A stretch of DNA of 64,000 bases from Paludibacteraceae bacterium (GTDB lineage: Bacteria; Bacteroidota; Bacteroidia; Bacteroidales; Paludibacteraceae), in contig JAFSPC010000065.1 of the NCBI GenBank assembly GCA_017443075.1, forward strand, positions 6,413 to 70,412, given 5' to 3'. The translations under genes were made by a program, and so were the position numbers. This document shows positions 56,017 through 64,000 of the stretch, in pieces; the first letter of the stretch is position 1, and every line of letters begins with the position of its first letter. Under the pieces are notes generated by a model. The model made no database searches. It had not been told where the DNA came from and saw only the letters and a list, made by a program, of their open reading frames with translations.

Positions 56017-56130
56017 ATGCCGCCACACACCGGCGATGTCCACGATGCTCGCATAATGCTCACGTAATGCTCATGTAAATGACCTGACAAAAGATGCATG
56101 AAACCTCGATTATCAATTGATGGTACTTCG

Positions 56131-56287
56131 ACAGAAGGGACAAGACAGAAGGGACAAAGCAGAAGGGATAAGACAGAAGGGATAAGGCAGAAGGGATAGG
56201 GCAGAAGGTGCCAGGAAGAAGGGACAAAGCAGAAGAGACAGGCAGAAGAGACAGGCAGGGGAAAAGGATACAAGACAGGAGAGGAGG
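56131..56287. repeat. degenerate purine-rich 13-15-bp tandem array (CAGAAGGGAYAAG-like, about 11 units)
   Basis: The array reads acagaagggacaag / acagaagggacaaag / cagaagggataag / acagaagggataagg / cagaagggataggg / cagaaggtgccagg / aagaagggacaaag / cagaagagacagg x2, then decays. It lies between the convergent genes psuG and the glycosyltransferase. Confidence 0.9.
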
Positions 56288-56293
56288 CACAGG

Positions 56294-57244
56294 TTATGCC
56301 AATGACAGCAACTGCGCCAAATATTCCTGTTCGGGCTGCCCCGGAGTAGGATGCCACTCAACTTTGCCGGTGACGCCGAGGGCGTACATATCCATAACAG
56401 AGGAGTACCCCGAGCGGCAGATGATACGTTCAGCCCCCGTGAGGTAAGCAGCCAGCTGCCTGTCGCCAAGCCGCGGCAAGATAGTGATGTTACGGTGCCT
56501 GATGACGGTAGGCGGTCCCTGCATCCTGCCGCGGATGAGAAGCACGGTATCATCGGTGTTTCGGTAACGGCTGATAATCTCCCGCTCGAACATCGTGCGC
56601 TGCGGTTCGAGTCCGGACAGCAGGGCTACCACGCGGTAAGCAGAATCAGGAGTAACGGCTACTCCCTCAAAACGTGACAGCACACCTATATAGCGCGTGT
56701 GCGGTGGTAACGTATCGGGGTGTGAGAGCCTGCCGGCAAGCCCTTGAGCGCCATCAGCCGCAGCAGGCATATCAGGAACCCAGCACTCGCTATACCGACT
56801 GATGATGCGCCTGTGGCATGCTGCAAGCACAGGTTCGAGCCACTGCCAAGGGCGAGGCAGGGCTATCGTCAGTTGATGTGTGATATAGACCGAGTGCACC
56901 TTTCGCGAGTAGAAGCCGAAACGGTTGTCGGAGATGACTTGGTCGATCGGTTGGCTACGCAGGTAAGCGTCCAGCATCCGATGATCGCTCCACGCCGAGC
57001 GGATAAGAGCCGGTAGCGCGCGCAGCATCGCCCAGACCTGCCGATGATGCCGGCTATACTGCAGCGTCAATGGTGCCAGCGGCAAAACGGCAAGGGTCGG
57101 AAAATGCTGCCTCAGCAACGCGAGCGACTCGCCATCGCCGGCTAACATCACCTGATGCCCCTGCGCCTGCAGCCGACGGATAAGCGGCACGCAGCGCGCG
57201 GCATGACCTAATCCCCAATTGAGTGGTGCTACCAGTACTCGCAT
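56294..57244 (-). CDS. GT-B fold glycosyltransferase (GT1/GT28 MurG-like family)
   Basis: From ATG 57244 the protein begins MRVLVAPLNWGLGHAARCVPLIRRL..GH.V, a typical GT1/GT28 N-terminus. The ORF opens at TTG 57253. Confidence 0.7.
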   Translation of the reverse strand: MRVLVAPLNWGLGHAARCVPLIRRLQAQGHQVMLAGDGESLALLRQHFPTLAVLPLAPLTLQYSRHHRQVWAMLRALPALIRSAWSDHRMLDAYLRSQPIDQVISDNRFGFYSRKVHSVYITHQLTIALPRPWQWLEPVLAACHRRIISRYSECWVPDMPAAADGAQGLAGRLSHPDTLPPHTRYIGVLSRFEGVAVTPDSAYRVVALLSGLEPQRTMFEREIISRYRNTDDTVLLIRGRMQGPPTVIRHRNITILPRLGDRQLAAYLTGAERIICRSGYSSVMDMYALGVTGKVEWHPTPGQPEQEYLAQLLSLA

Positions 57245-57267
57245 AATTGACAATTGATAATTGATAG

Positions 57268-58038
57268 TTAGGCAGATATCTGCACACTGAAGCCCTCCGC
57301 CACGAGCGGTTCGGCAATCTGCTGCATCTGTTCGGGGCTGATCTTCTGCAGCGTCTTGACGGGTGTGGCACGGTCGATGACATAGATCATCACGAGCTTG
57401 GGGTGCAACAGCCTGACAGCGTCATACCACGCCTCTAATTCTTCAGGTGCGGTATTGTCGACCACCGTGCCATTGGGCAGCGTACCGCGTAAGAAGCATG
57501 TCTGCAAAGTAAAATTGCCGTTGAACTGTTGCAGATTGCCGATGATACCGTCAACGGTAGCAGCGCTATTTACAGGCGCATCGATGGCACGCATTGTGGC
57601 AGTGATGGCAGAGTCAAGCTTCAGGATACGATTATCGCATTGCCACAATGCGCGCACAACATCCTCACGCCCGAGTTGTGTGGCGTTAGACAATACGGAC
57701 ACCTTAGCCTGCGGGCAGAACCTGTCGCGCAAGGCACACGTGTCGGCTATGACAGCCTCAAACTGCGGATGCAGCGTCGGCTCGCCATTGCCGCTGAACG
57801 TAATCACATCGAGGGCGATGCGCTCCGCCTGCAACTGCCTTAACTTCGCCTCCAGACATGCGCTCACCTGCTCGCGCTCAGGCAGCACGGGATGCGGAAA
57901 CGGATGATTGAATCCACACTCGCAGTAGATGCAATCAAACGTGCACAACTTGCCGTCCGCAGGCATCAGATTGATGCCTAACGACGTGCCCAGACGACGC
58001 GAGTGGATAGGGCCATATACGATTTCGGAAAACAACAT
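57268..58038 (-). CDS. radical SAM protein (small, COG0731-like), substrate unknown
   Basis: 256 aa. The N-terminus is IVYGPIHSRRLGTSLGINL, followed by the CxxxCxxC cluster CTFDCIYC. Confidence 0.75.
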   Translation of the reverse strand: MLFSEIVYGPIHSRRLGTSLGINLMPADGKLCTFDCIYCECGFNHPFPHPVLPEREQVSACLEAKLRQLQAERIALDVITFSGNGEPTLHPQFEAVIADTCALRDRFCPQAKVSVLSNATQLGREDVVRALWQCDNRILKLDSAITATMRAIDAPVNSAATVDGIIGNLQQFNGNFTLQTCFLRGTLPNGTVVDNTAPEELEAWYDAVRLLHPKLVMIYVIDRATPVKTLQKISPEQMQQIAEPLVAEGFSVQISA

Positions 58039-58084
58039 AACTAATCAATATTGGTTGATACAACTAATCAATACGGGTTGATAC
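58039..58084. repeat. 23-bp direct repeat x2 abutting the radical SAM start codon
   Basis: aactaatcaatattggttgatac (58039-061) and aactaatcaatacgggttgatac (58062-084) match at 21 of 23 positions. Confidence 0.9.
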
Positions 58085-58101
58085 AATATGAAACAGGACT
58101 G

Positions 58102-58109
58102 CAAAGTTA
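58102..58109 (-). promoter_or_regulatory. minus-strand -7 box (TAACTTTG) for the radical SAM-glycosyltransferase operon
   Basis: caaagtta is the reverse complement of TAACTTTG. The 23-bp repeats lie between it and the ATG. Confidence 0.5.
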
Positions 58110-58192
58110 GTGAAATTTTAGGAAAAATGCAAACTTTTTTATAAATATAGCACTTATTCGCTATATATTTTGCAAAATTGAATTATTTTCCG

Positions 58193-58200
58193 TATCTTTG
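58193..58200 (+). promoter_or_regulatory. -7 box TATCTTTG for guaD
   Basis: Exact TAnnTTTG, 27 nt upstream of ATG 58227. This argues against the TTG 58209 start. Confidence 0.55.
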
Positions 58201-58226
58201 CAGTACATTTGAAAATTGATTTAACC

Positions 58227-59495
58227 ATGCATATATACAAAGCCAACCTTCTTTTCACCAAAGACAGCACATCATTTACGGTTATCCCCGACGGCTATGT
58301 AGCCGTTGATAGCGGCACGATTGCCGGTGTGTACCCCCGTTTGCCAGACGAGTTATCCGGCATTCCGGTGACCGACTATGGCAACAAGCTGCTGATCCCC
58401 GCCATGATTGATGTGCATGTACATGCTCCGCAATACCGCAATATAGGCATAGCCATGGATCTGGAGCTATTACCATGGCTGAACAACTACACCTTTCCAG
58501 AAGAGAGCAAGTACGCAGACACGGCCTACGCCGAGCGGATGTACCGTCGTTTCGTACGCGACCTATGGCGTGTAGGGACGATGCGCACCATTGCCTTTGC
58601 CACGGTTCACAAGGATAGTACACGCCTGCTGATGCGCCTGTTTGAGCAAGCAGGTATGGGCGCGCTGGTAGGCAAGGTGGATATGGACCGCAACTGTCCC
58701 GTCTCGCTGCGCGAGACCGTGGCCGATGCCATCCGCGACAATGAGGCACTGATAGCCGAGTATGCCGCCCCCGATGCCTTGGTGCGCCCGATCATCACCC
58801 CCCGGTTTGTACCGTCCTGCACGCCCGAGCTATTGCAGGCATGCGGCGAACTGGCTCGCAAGCACAACCTGCCAGTACAATCTCACCTATCCGAGAACCG
58901 CAACGAGATAGCCTGGGTGCATGAGTTGGAGCCAGCCAGCCTTCATTACGGCGATGCCTACCGTCGTTACGGTCTGTTCGGCGCCACGCCCACCGTCATG
59001 GCCCACTGCGTATGGACCGCAGGCGACGAGCTGCGTATGATGCGCGACAATCAGGTGATGGTAGCCCACTGCCCGACGAGTAACTTCAATCTGGCTTCGG
59101 GCATGGCGCCTATTCGCACGTTCCTCAACGAAGGTGTGCCGGTAGGTCTGGGCAGCGACATCAGCGGCGGTCACGACCTGAGTATATTCAAGGTGATGGT
59201 GTATGCCATACAGGTGAGCAAGATGCAATACTGCCAAAATCACCATTTACCCTTCCTCACGCTGCCTGAGGCGTTCTGGATAGCCACCAAGTCCGCCGGA
59301 CGGCTGTTTGGCAAGGTAGGCAGTCTGGAGGCAGGCTACGATTTTGATGCACTGGTGATTGACGACAGCGAGCTCAACCACGACAACTACAGCCTGCTGC
59401 ATCGCCTTGAGCGCTTTATCTACCTCGGTGACGACCGGCACATCGTCCACCGCTTCTGCCGCGGCGAGCAGATTGCCGAACCGCCTATAGCATAG
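58227..59495 (+). CDS. guaD: guanine deaminase (amidohydrolase superfamily)
   Basis: The HxH motif is in IDVHVHAPQ, with SHLSEN..E and GLGSDISGGH. The length and motif spacing fit guanine deaminase. Confidence 0.7.
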   Translation: MHIYKANLLFTKDSTSFTVIPDGYVAVDSGTIAGVYPRLPDELSGIPVTDYGNKLLIPAMIDVHVHAPQYRNIGIAMDLELLPWLNNYTFPEESKYADTAYAERMYRRFVRDLWRVGTMRTIAFATVHKDSTRLLMRLFEQAGMGALVGKVDMDRNCPVSLRETVADAIRDNEALIAEYAAPDALVRPIITPRFVPSCTPELLQACGELARKHNLPVQSHLSENRNEIAWVHELEPASLHYGDAYRRYGLFGATPTVMAHCVWTAGDELRMMRDNQVMVAHCPTSNFNLASGMAPIRTFLNEGVPVGLGSDISGGHDLSIFKVMVYAIQVSKMQYCQNHHLPFLTLPEAFWIATKSAGRLFGKVGSLEAGYDFDALVIDDSELNHDNYSLLHRLERFIYLGDDRHIVHRFCRGEQIAEPPIA

Positions 59496-59536
59496 GAACA
59501 GACGGCATACGCAATAACAGACAGCATATACAAAAG

Positions 59537-59561
59537 AAGGGGACTGAATGCAAGTCCCCTT
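59537..59561. terminator. bidirectional hairpin terminator between guaD and metG
   Basis: A 9-bp stem, aaggggact pairing with agtcccctt, closes a 7-nt loop. An A-run precedes it and a T-rich tail follows. Confidence 0.65.
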
Positions 59562-59589
59562 TCTTGTACTCGGATTTCACCGCGTGCCG

Positions 59590-61665
59590 CTACCCTACTT
59601 GTGCACCATTGCGCACGGGGGAGGTGACGGTAGTGACCACCAGCTTGCCATCGGCGTCAACGGCAGACAGGATCATGCCCTGACTCTCCAAGCCCATCAT
59701 CTTACGCGGCGGGAAATTCGCCACAAACAGCACCTGTTTGCCTACCAGCACCGACGGGTCGGGATATGATTGCGCTATACCGCTCAGGATAGTACGTCCG
59801 CCCATGCCGTCGTCAATGCGGAACAGCAACAGGCGGTCGGACTTCTTGACAGGTCCGCACTCCATCACGGTGCCGACACGTATATCGACCTTGTCGAAGT
59901 CATCGATCGTGGTAGGAGTCTTGACTGGGACGGGTTGCCAATTCTTGAGCGCTTCGGCTTTTGCCTCAGCCTCATTCTCCGCCTTGATACGCGCCAGCCT
60001 ATCTAACTGCGCCTGAACAGGTGCGTCGTCAATCTTCTCGAACAGGAGCGAGACCTCGCCCAAGCTGTGCCCCTCGGTCAGCAGACCGGTGCTGCCGAGA
60101 TTCTCCCAACTGAAAGCCTCCAGCCCCAACATATCACGGAGTTTGGCAGAGGAGAACGGCAGGAAAGGCTCGAAAGCAATAGCCAGATTGGCAGCAATCT
60201 GCAATGAGAGATTGAGAATGGTGGCAGTGCGCGGCATATCGGTCTTGGCAAGTTTCCATGGCTCGGTATCCGCCAGATACTTGTTGCCTATACGTGCGAG
60301 GTTCATCGCCTCCTTCTGCGCATCGCGGAAGCGGAAATCGTTGAGCAGTTTCTCCAGTTCGCCCTTCACGTTGCAGAACTCATCAATGGTCTGCCGGTCG
60401 TAATCCGTCAGCACCCCTTGTGCCGGAACCTTGCCATCGAAATATTTGCCGGTTAGCACCAAAGCACGATTGATAAAATTACCATAGATGGCAACGAGTT
60501 CATTGTTGTTACGCGCCTGGAAGTCCGCCCACGTGAAGTCGTTGTCCTTCGTTTCGGGAGCATTTGCCGTAAGCACGTACCTGAGCACATCCTGCTTGCC
60601 CGGGAAATCATCCAGATACTCGTTGAGCCAGACAGCCCAGTTGCGCGAGGTGGAAATCTTATCCCCCTCCAGATTCAGGAACTCGTTGGAGGGCACATTA
60701 TCCGGCAAGATGTATGATCCGTCCGCCTTGAGCATAGCGGGGAAGACGATGCAGTGGAAGACAATATTATCCTTGCCGATGAAGTGAATCAGGCGTGTGG
60801 CCTGATCTTTCCACCACATCTGCCACGTGCCATATTTATCGGGTTGGGCATCGCACAACTCTTTGGTATTGGATATATAGCCTATCGGCGCATCGAACCA
60901 GACATACAGCACTTTGCCCTCCGCCCCCTCGACGGGAACGGGTATCCCCCAGTCCAGGTCACGCGTGACGGCGCGCGGGCGGAGCCCACCGTCCAGCCAC
61001 GATTTGCACTGGCCATATACGTTCGGTCGCCACTCTTTATGCTCATCCAAGATCCAATGCTCCAACCACTGCTGGTATTGGTCGAGAGGCAGATACCAAT
61101 GCGAGGTGGGTTTCTTGACGAGTGGATTGCCGGTCTCCGCGTTGTAGGGGTTGATCAGTTCCTCGGGCGAGAGGGTTGAGCCGCACTTCTCGCACTGGTC
61201 ACCATACGCACCTAAGTTGTGGCAGTGCGGACATTCGCCACGGATATTCCTGTCGGTAAGGAAATGTCCCGTTTCGGGGTCATAGAACTGCTCGGTTGTC
61301 TGCTCGACAAACTTGCCCTCATCATACAACTTGCGGAAATAATCCGAGGCAAACTGATGATGCACAGCCGATGTCGTTCGCGAATAGATATCGAAGCTGA
61401 TACCGAAGTCAGCAAACGCCTGCTTGATGATCCCGTGATAGCGGTCAACAACCTGTTGGGTGGTTATCCCTTCTTTTCTTGCGCGGATGGTGACGGGTAC
61501 ACCATGCTCGTCGCTGCCACACACAAACAAGACCTGCTGCCCCTTGAGGCGCAGATAGCGTGCGTAGATGTCAGCCGGCACATACACGCCAGCCAAGTGT
61601 CCTATATGCACAGGACCATTGGCGTAAGGCAAAGCCGCTGTGATTAATGTACGTTTGTATTCCAT
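59590..61665 (-). CDS. metG: methionine--tRNA ligase (with C-terminal tRNA-binding/EMAP-like domain)
   Basis: 691 aa with HIGH ([11 protein letters not shown]), a zinc knuckle (CPHC..C..C) and KMSKS (KISTSR). The C-terminal OB domain reads [12 protein letters not shown]. Confidence 0.93.
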   Translation of the reverse strand: MEYKRTLITAALPYANGPVHIGHLAGVYVPADIYARYLRLKGQQVLFVCGSDEHGVPVTIRARKEGITTQQVVDRYHGIIKQAFADFGISFDIYSRTTSAVHHQFASDYFRKLYDEGKFVEQTTEQFYDPETGHFLTDRNIRGECPHCHNLGAYGDQCEKCGSTLSPEELINPYNAETGNPLVKKPTSHWYLPLDQYQQWLEHWILDEHKEWRPNVYGQCKSWLDGGLRPRAVTRDLDWGIPVPVEGAEGKVLYVWFDAPIGYISNTKELCDAQPDKYGTWQMWWKDQATRLIHFIGKDNIVFHCIVFPAMLKADGSYILPDNVPSNEFLNLEGDKISTSRNWAVWLNEYLDDFPGKQDVLRYVLTANAPETKDNDFTWADFQARNNNELVAIYGNFINRALVLTGKYFDGKVPAQGVLTDYDRQTIDEFCNVKGELEKLLNDFRFRDAQKEAMNLARIGNKYLADTEPWKLAKTDMPRTATILNLSLQIAANLAIAFEPFLPFSSAKLRDMLGLEAFSWENLGSTGLLTEGHSLGEVSLLFEKIDDAPVQAQLDRLARIKAENEAEAKAEALKNWQPVPVKTPTTIDDFDKVDIRVGTVMECGPVKKSDRLLLFRIDDGMGGRTILSGIAQSYPDPSVLVGKQVLFVANFPPRKMMGLESQGMILSAVDADGKLVVTTVTSPVRNGAQVG

Positions 61666-61708
61666 ATATTATGTTGAATGTGTATTGTTGAATGTATAAT
61701 GTTGCGGG

Positions 61709-62467
61709 TTAGTTGTCACTGTTGTGCAACAGTTCGGCTATGGCAGATATCTTGATGGTAGTGATTTTTCCCTCCATGGCGATGCTCACCTTACCTGTTT
61801 CTTCGCTGACGACGATACATAGTGCATCGGTTTTCTCGGCAAGCCCCAACGCGGCGCGATGACGCAGGCCGTAATGCTTGGGTATACTTTGGTTTTTGGA
61901 GACGGGCAAAATACATGCCGCCGCCTGCAACCTGCCATTGCGGATGATGAGCGCGCCGTCATGCAAGGGTGTGTTCTTGAAGAAGATGTTCTCAATCATT
62001 CGCGTGGAAATGTTCGCATTGATCAGTTCGCCAGTCTGCTCATATTCATCCAACTCCTGCTCATGCGCAATGACGATGAGCGCTCCGGTCTTGGAATCAG
62101 CCATGTGCCTGCAAGCCAGCACAAGCTGCTGAATCTGCTCATGCGTAAGCCAGTCGTTACTCTTATTCTGATGAAACCTCACCAGTTGGGCGCTACTCAT
62201 ACGCGAGCCAATGCGGTTGAACATACCACGTATCTCCTCCTGAAAAATAACCACCAGCGCGACAGCACCGGCGCTGCCGATAAAATTGAAGATGGCACCT
62301 GTAAGCTCCAGACGGAAGATGAACGAGACGAGAAACCATAATCCCACGTACGCCAATATGCCCCAGAACAAGTTGACCGCCCCTGACATCCGCAAGATGC
62401 GGTATGCCTCAAACAGCAACAAGGCTACGAGCAAAATATCTACCAGATCTTTGAATCCGAAAAACAT
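61709..62467 (-). CDS. cdaA: diadenylate cyclase CdaA
   Basis: 252 aa with 3 N-terminal TM helices. DAC-domain motifs are GALIV, DGALII and RHRAALG. Confidence 0.88.
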   Translation of the reverse strand: MFFGFKDLVDILLVALLLFEAYRILRMSGAVNLFWGILAYVGLWFLVSFIFRLELTGAIFNFIGSAGAVALVVIFQEEIRGMFNRIGSRMSSAQLVRFHQNKSNDWLTHEQIQQLVLACRHMADSKTGALIVIAHEQELDEYEQTGELINANISTRMIENIFFKNTPLHDGALIIRNGRLQAAACILPVSKNQSIPKHYGLRHRAALGLAEKTDALCIVVSEETGKVSIAMEGKITTIKISAIAELLHNSDN

Positions 62468-62500
62468 GGAGTGATTAGATAAAAATTAAAATTTGCGTTA

Positions 62501-62537
62501 CTATTTGTCATTTGCTATTTGTCATTTATCATTTGTC
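62501..62537. repeat. 14-bp tandem duplication of the folP stop-codon region
   Basis: ctatttgtcatttg (62501-514) is followed by ctatttgtcattta (62515-528, the folP stop plus its last 4 codons) and a partial tcatttgtc (62529-537). Confidence 0.85.
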
Positions 62538-63336
62538 GTGTTGCGGCTACATCATGTACGCGCAGTATGTCAGCGCCCTGCTGCATCGCCTGCCTCTCAA
62601 GCCGCAAGGTTTGCGGCAGAGATGTTCTGGCAGTCAGTCCTTCGGGCTCGTACGCCATGCGCTTGCGCGAGATGCCCACCAAGATCGGGCATCCGATGTG
62701 CTGCAGCGCATGCAGATTGCTTAGCAGATCCAAACTCTGCTGTACCGTTTGCTCAAACCCGAATCCCGGATCGATGATCACATCGCTGACGCCTCGCCGG
62801 TGTAACATGTCCACCCTGCGGCTAAGATAATCCATGGCATCTCGCAGGAGGTCATCGGACGCATGCGCGTCGTAGCGGCGGTTGTACGTCAGCACATACG
62901 CGACCCTGCTGTCCGCCACCAGATCAAACATCGCAGGCGAGCCCCCGGACACATCATTGATCATGTCAACGCCATACACCTCAATTGCCCGTTGTGCCAC
63001 CTCAGGGCGGAACGTATCGACAGATATCGGTAGCCTGACGCCCATATCCCTTGCCAGAGACAGGGCTGTATCCAGCCGCTGCCACTCCTGCTGCGCATCC
63101 GCCGGCACATGCTGCCCCGCCTGTACAGCCGGGCGCGTAGAGCAGGCACCAATGTCCAAGATATCCGCCCCCTCGCTGCATGCGCGCAGGTATGCCTCGC
63201 GCAGAGATGACCGGTCAACGGCACGACTGGGCGGAAAAAAACTATCCGGCGTGGCATTGACGATAGCCATCACAAGGGGTGAGCGAAGCGACACCAGACG
63301 CGCCCCTAAACGTATGAATGGATGCTCCTGCGACAT
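62515..63336 (-). CDS. folP: dihydropteroate synthase
   Basis: The pattern is IVNATPDSFF, DILDIGA.STRP, SVDT and G.S.K. I set the start at ATG 63336 because the GTG at 63357 lies inside the -7 box. Confidence 0.88.
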   Translation of the reverse strand: MSQEHPFIRLGARLVSLRSPLVMAIVNATPDSFFPPSRAVDRSSLREAYLRACSEGADILDIGACSTRPAVQAGQHVPADAQQEWQRLDTALSLARDMGVRLPISVDTFRPEVAQRAIEVYGVDMINDVSGGSPAMFDLVADSRVAYVLTYNRRYDAHASDDLLRDAMDYLSRRVDMLHRRGVSDVIIDPGFGFEQTVQQSLDLLSNLHALQHIGCPILVGISRKRMAYEPEGLTARTSLPQTLRLERQAMQQGADILRVHDVAATRQMINDK

Positions 63337-63356
63337 AGGGATTTGCAATAATCGCA

Positions 63357-63364
63357 CAAAGATA
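63357..63364 (-). promoter_or_regulatory. minus-strand -7 box (TATCTTTG) for folP-cdaA-metG
   Basis: caaagata is the reverse complement of TATCTTTG, 21 nt upstream of ATG 63336. Confidence 0.5.
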
Positions 63365-63489
63365 CAAAAAATTCTTGTGTTTTGCTATATTTTTGTAAAA
63401 AATAGTTGTAAAAAATAGCATTTTGCCAAGAAAATGTACATTTTTTTCTTTTTTTTGTTAAAAAATTTGTGTAATTTGTATTTTTTTTG

Positions 63490-63497
63490 TATCTTTG
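63490..63497 (+). promoter_or_regulatory. -7 box TATCTTTG for the GldJ/PorK-like gene
   Basis: Exact TAnnTTTG with a T8 run and a TTTG 20 nt upstream. The surrounding sequence is near-identical to the promoters at 130 and 9065. Confidence 0.55.
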
Positions 63498-63574
63498 TAG
63501 GCTAATCGTAGGGAGTGCCTGCGTGTGTGCATCAGTTGTATTGAAAATTAAGGTATAATTATATCAAGTTAGAC

Positions 63575-64000
63575 ATGAAAAAAGTAGTGCAATCTGTATT
63601 CGTCGTGTCGGTGGCATTGCTGGCATTAGCCGGCTGCAAGTCCCGCGAGTTGAACACTCAGTTCTCAAACACGACGGGATGGAACTATTATGATGAAAAG
63701 ACCACCAACTTTGAGGCCAAAGAGGGTGTAGGCAATGTGGACCCTATCGGCATGGTAGCCATTCAGGGCGGAACATTCGCTATCGGTCAGACGGATGAGT
63801 TTGTAACCGCGCCGCGCGACAATGCCCGCCGGTCGGTTACGGTGAGTTCGTTCTACATGGATAAGTACGAGATTTCCAACCTCAACTGGCGGGAGTACAT
63901 GCATTGGCTGGAGATGGTGTTCGGCTATGCAGCCCCCAAGTTGGTTCAAGAGGCGTTGCCCGACACCTTGGTTTGGCGTGACGAATTGGCGTATAACGAG
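63575..64000 (+). CDS. GldJ/PorK-family lipoprotein (FGE-sulfatase/SUMF1 fold), 5' partial, runs off the window
   Basis: This ORF is absent from the supplied track because it has no stop in the window. Translation from ATG 63575 gives MKKVVQSVFVVSVALLALAGC (lipobox), then TGWNYYDEKT..F and GMVAIQGGTFAIGQTDE.......R.V.VSSFYMDKYEISN..WREYM.WL, which is typical of GldJ/PorK. Confidence 0.7.
   Translation, partial: MKKVVQSVFVVSVALLALAGCKSRELNTQFSNTTGWNYYDEKTTNFEAKEGVGNVDPIGMVAIQGGTFAIGQTDEFVTAPRDNARRSVTVSSFYMDKYEISNLNWREYMHWLEMVFGYAAPKLVQEALPDTLVWRDELAYNE

Noticed and set aside
56013-56553. Minus-strand ORFs 56013..56357, 56060..56290 and 56113..56553 as Pro/Leu/Ser-rich repeat proteins
   Set aside because: Three overlapping frames are open across the polypyrimidine strand of the repeat array. 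The peptides are pure low-complexity translations of the DNA repeat, and one runs into the glycosyltransferase CDS.
1-64000. Searched for a defence island, prophage, integrative element, toxin-antitoxin pair, DGR, retron or biosynthetic cluster
   Set aside because: No integrase, transposase, reverse transcriptase, Cas, restriction-modification set, phage structural gene or PKS/NRPS/RiPP core enzyme is recognisable. Only a stand-alone HsdR_N-like domain is present. The two tRNAs show no flanking att-like direct repeats. Gene content is housekeeping with tight operon packing.

Overview
This window reads as a core chromosomal segment of a Bacteroidota genome, most likely Bacteroidales. The evidence for that placement is TAnnTTTG -7 promoter boxes in front of many genes, AT-rich leaders with no Shine-Dalgarno sequence, a T9SS C-terminal sorting domain, a GldJ/PorK-type lipoprotein, a BspA-type LRR protein and an lpxD-lpxC-lpxA cluster. 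I support about 56 protein-coding genes and 2 tRNAs, Asn-GTT and Arg-TCT. Coding content is mostly housekeeping: udk, GH3 and GH53 glycosidases, dus, ldcA, plsC, trxA, rpoD, lpxDCA, glnS, phoH, comM/yifB, rubrerythrin, panB, an NfnAB-like fusion, deoC, psd, mutL, acpP-fabF, murI, a ClC channel, obg, adk, HU, a rhomboid protease, psuK-psuG, guaD, metG, cdaA and folP. There is also one 2278-aa mosaic T9SS surface protein followed by an OmpA-family gene. I found no rRNA, CRISPR array, integrase, transposase, reverse transcriptase, prophage or recognisable multi-gene defence module, and I cannot point to a convincing new protein-based system. The unusual content is non-coding. (1) Three tandem ~141-bp, strongly hairpin-forming repeats lie between tRNA-Arg and rpoD. 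(2) Short intercistronic spacers are repeatedly built entirely from tandem 7-23-bp units, sometimes duplicating a gene's last codons plus its stop codon. (3) Compound repeat arrays occur at 34.2-34.4 kb and 56.1-56.3 kb. (4) Two simple-sequence tracts could be phase-variable: a 7-bp repeat inside a CPBP protease gene and a G9 run upstream of the giant surface-protein gene. All functional calls come from motif recognition by eye; no database search was possible.
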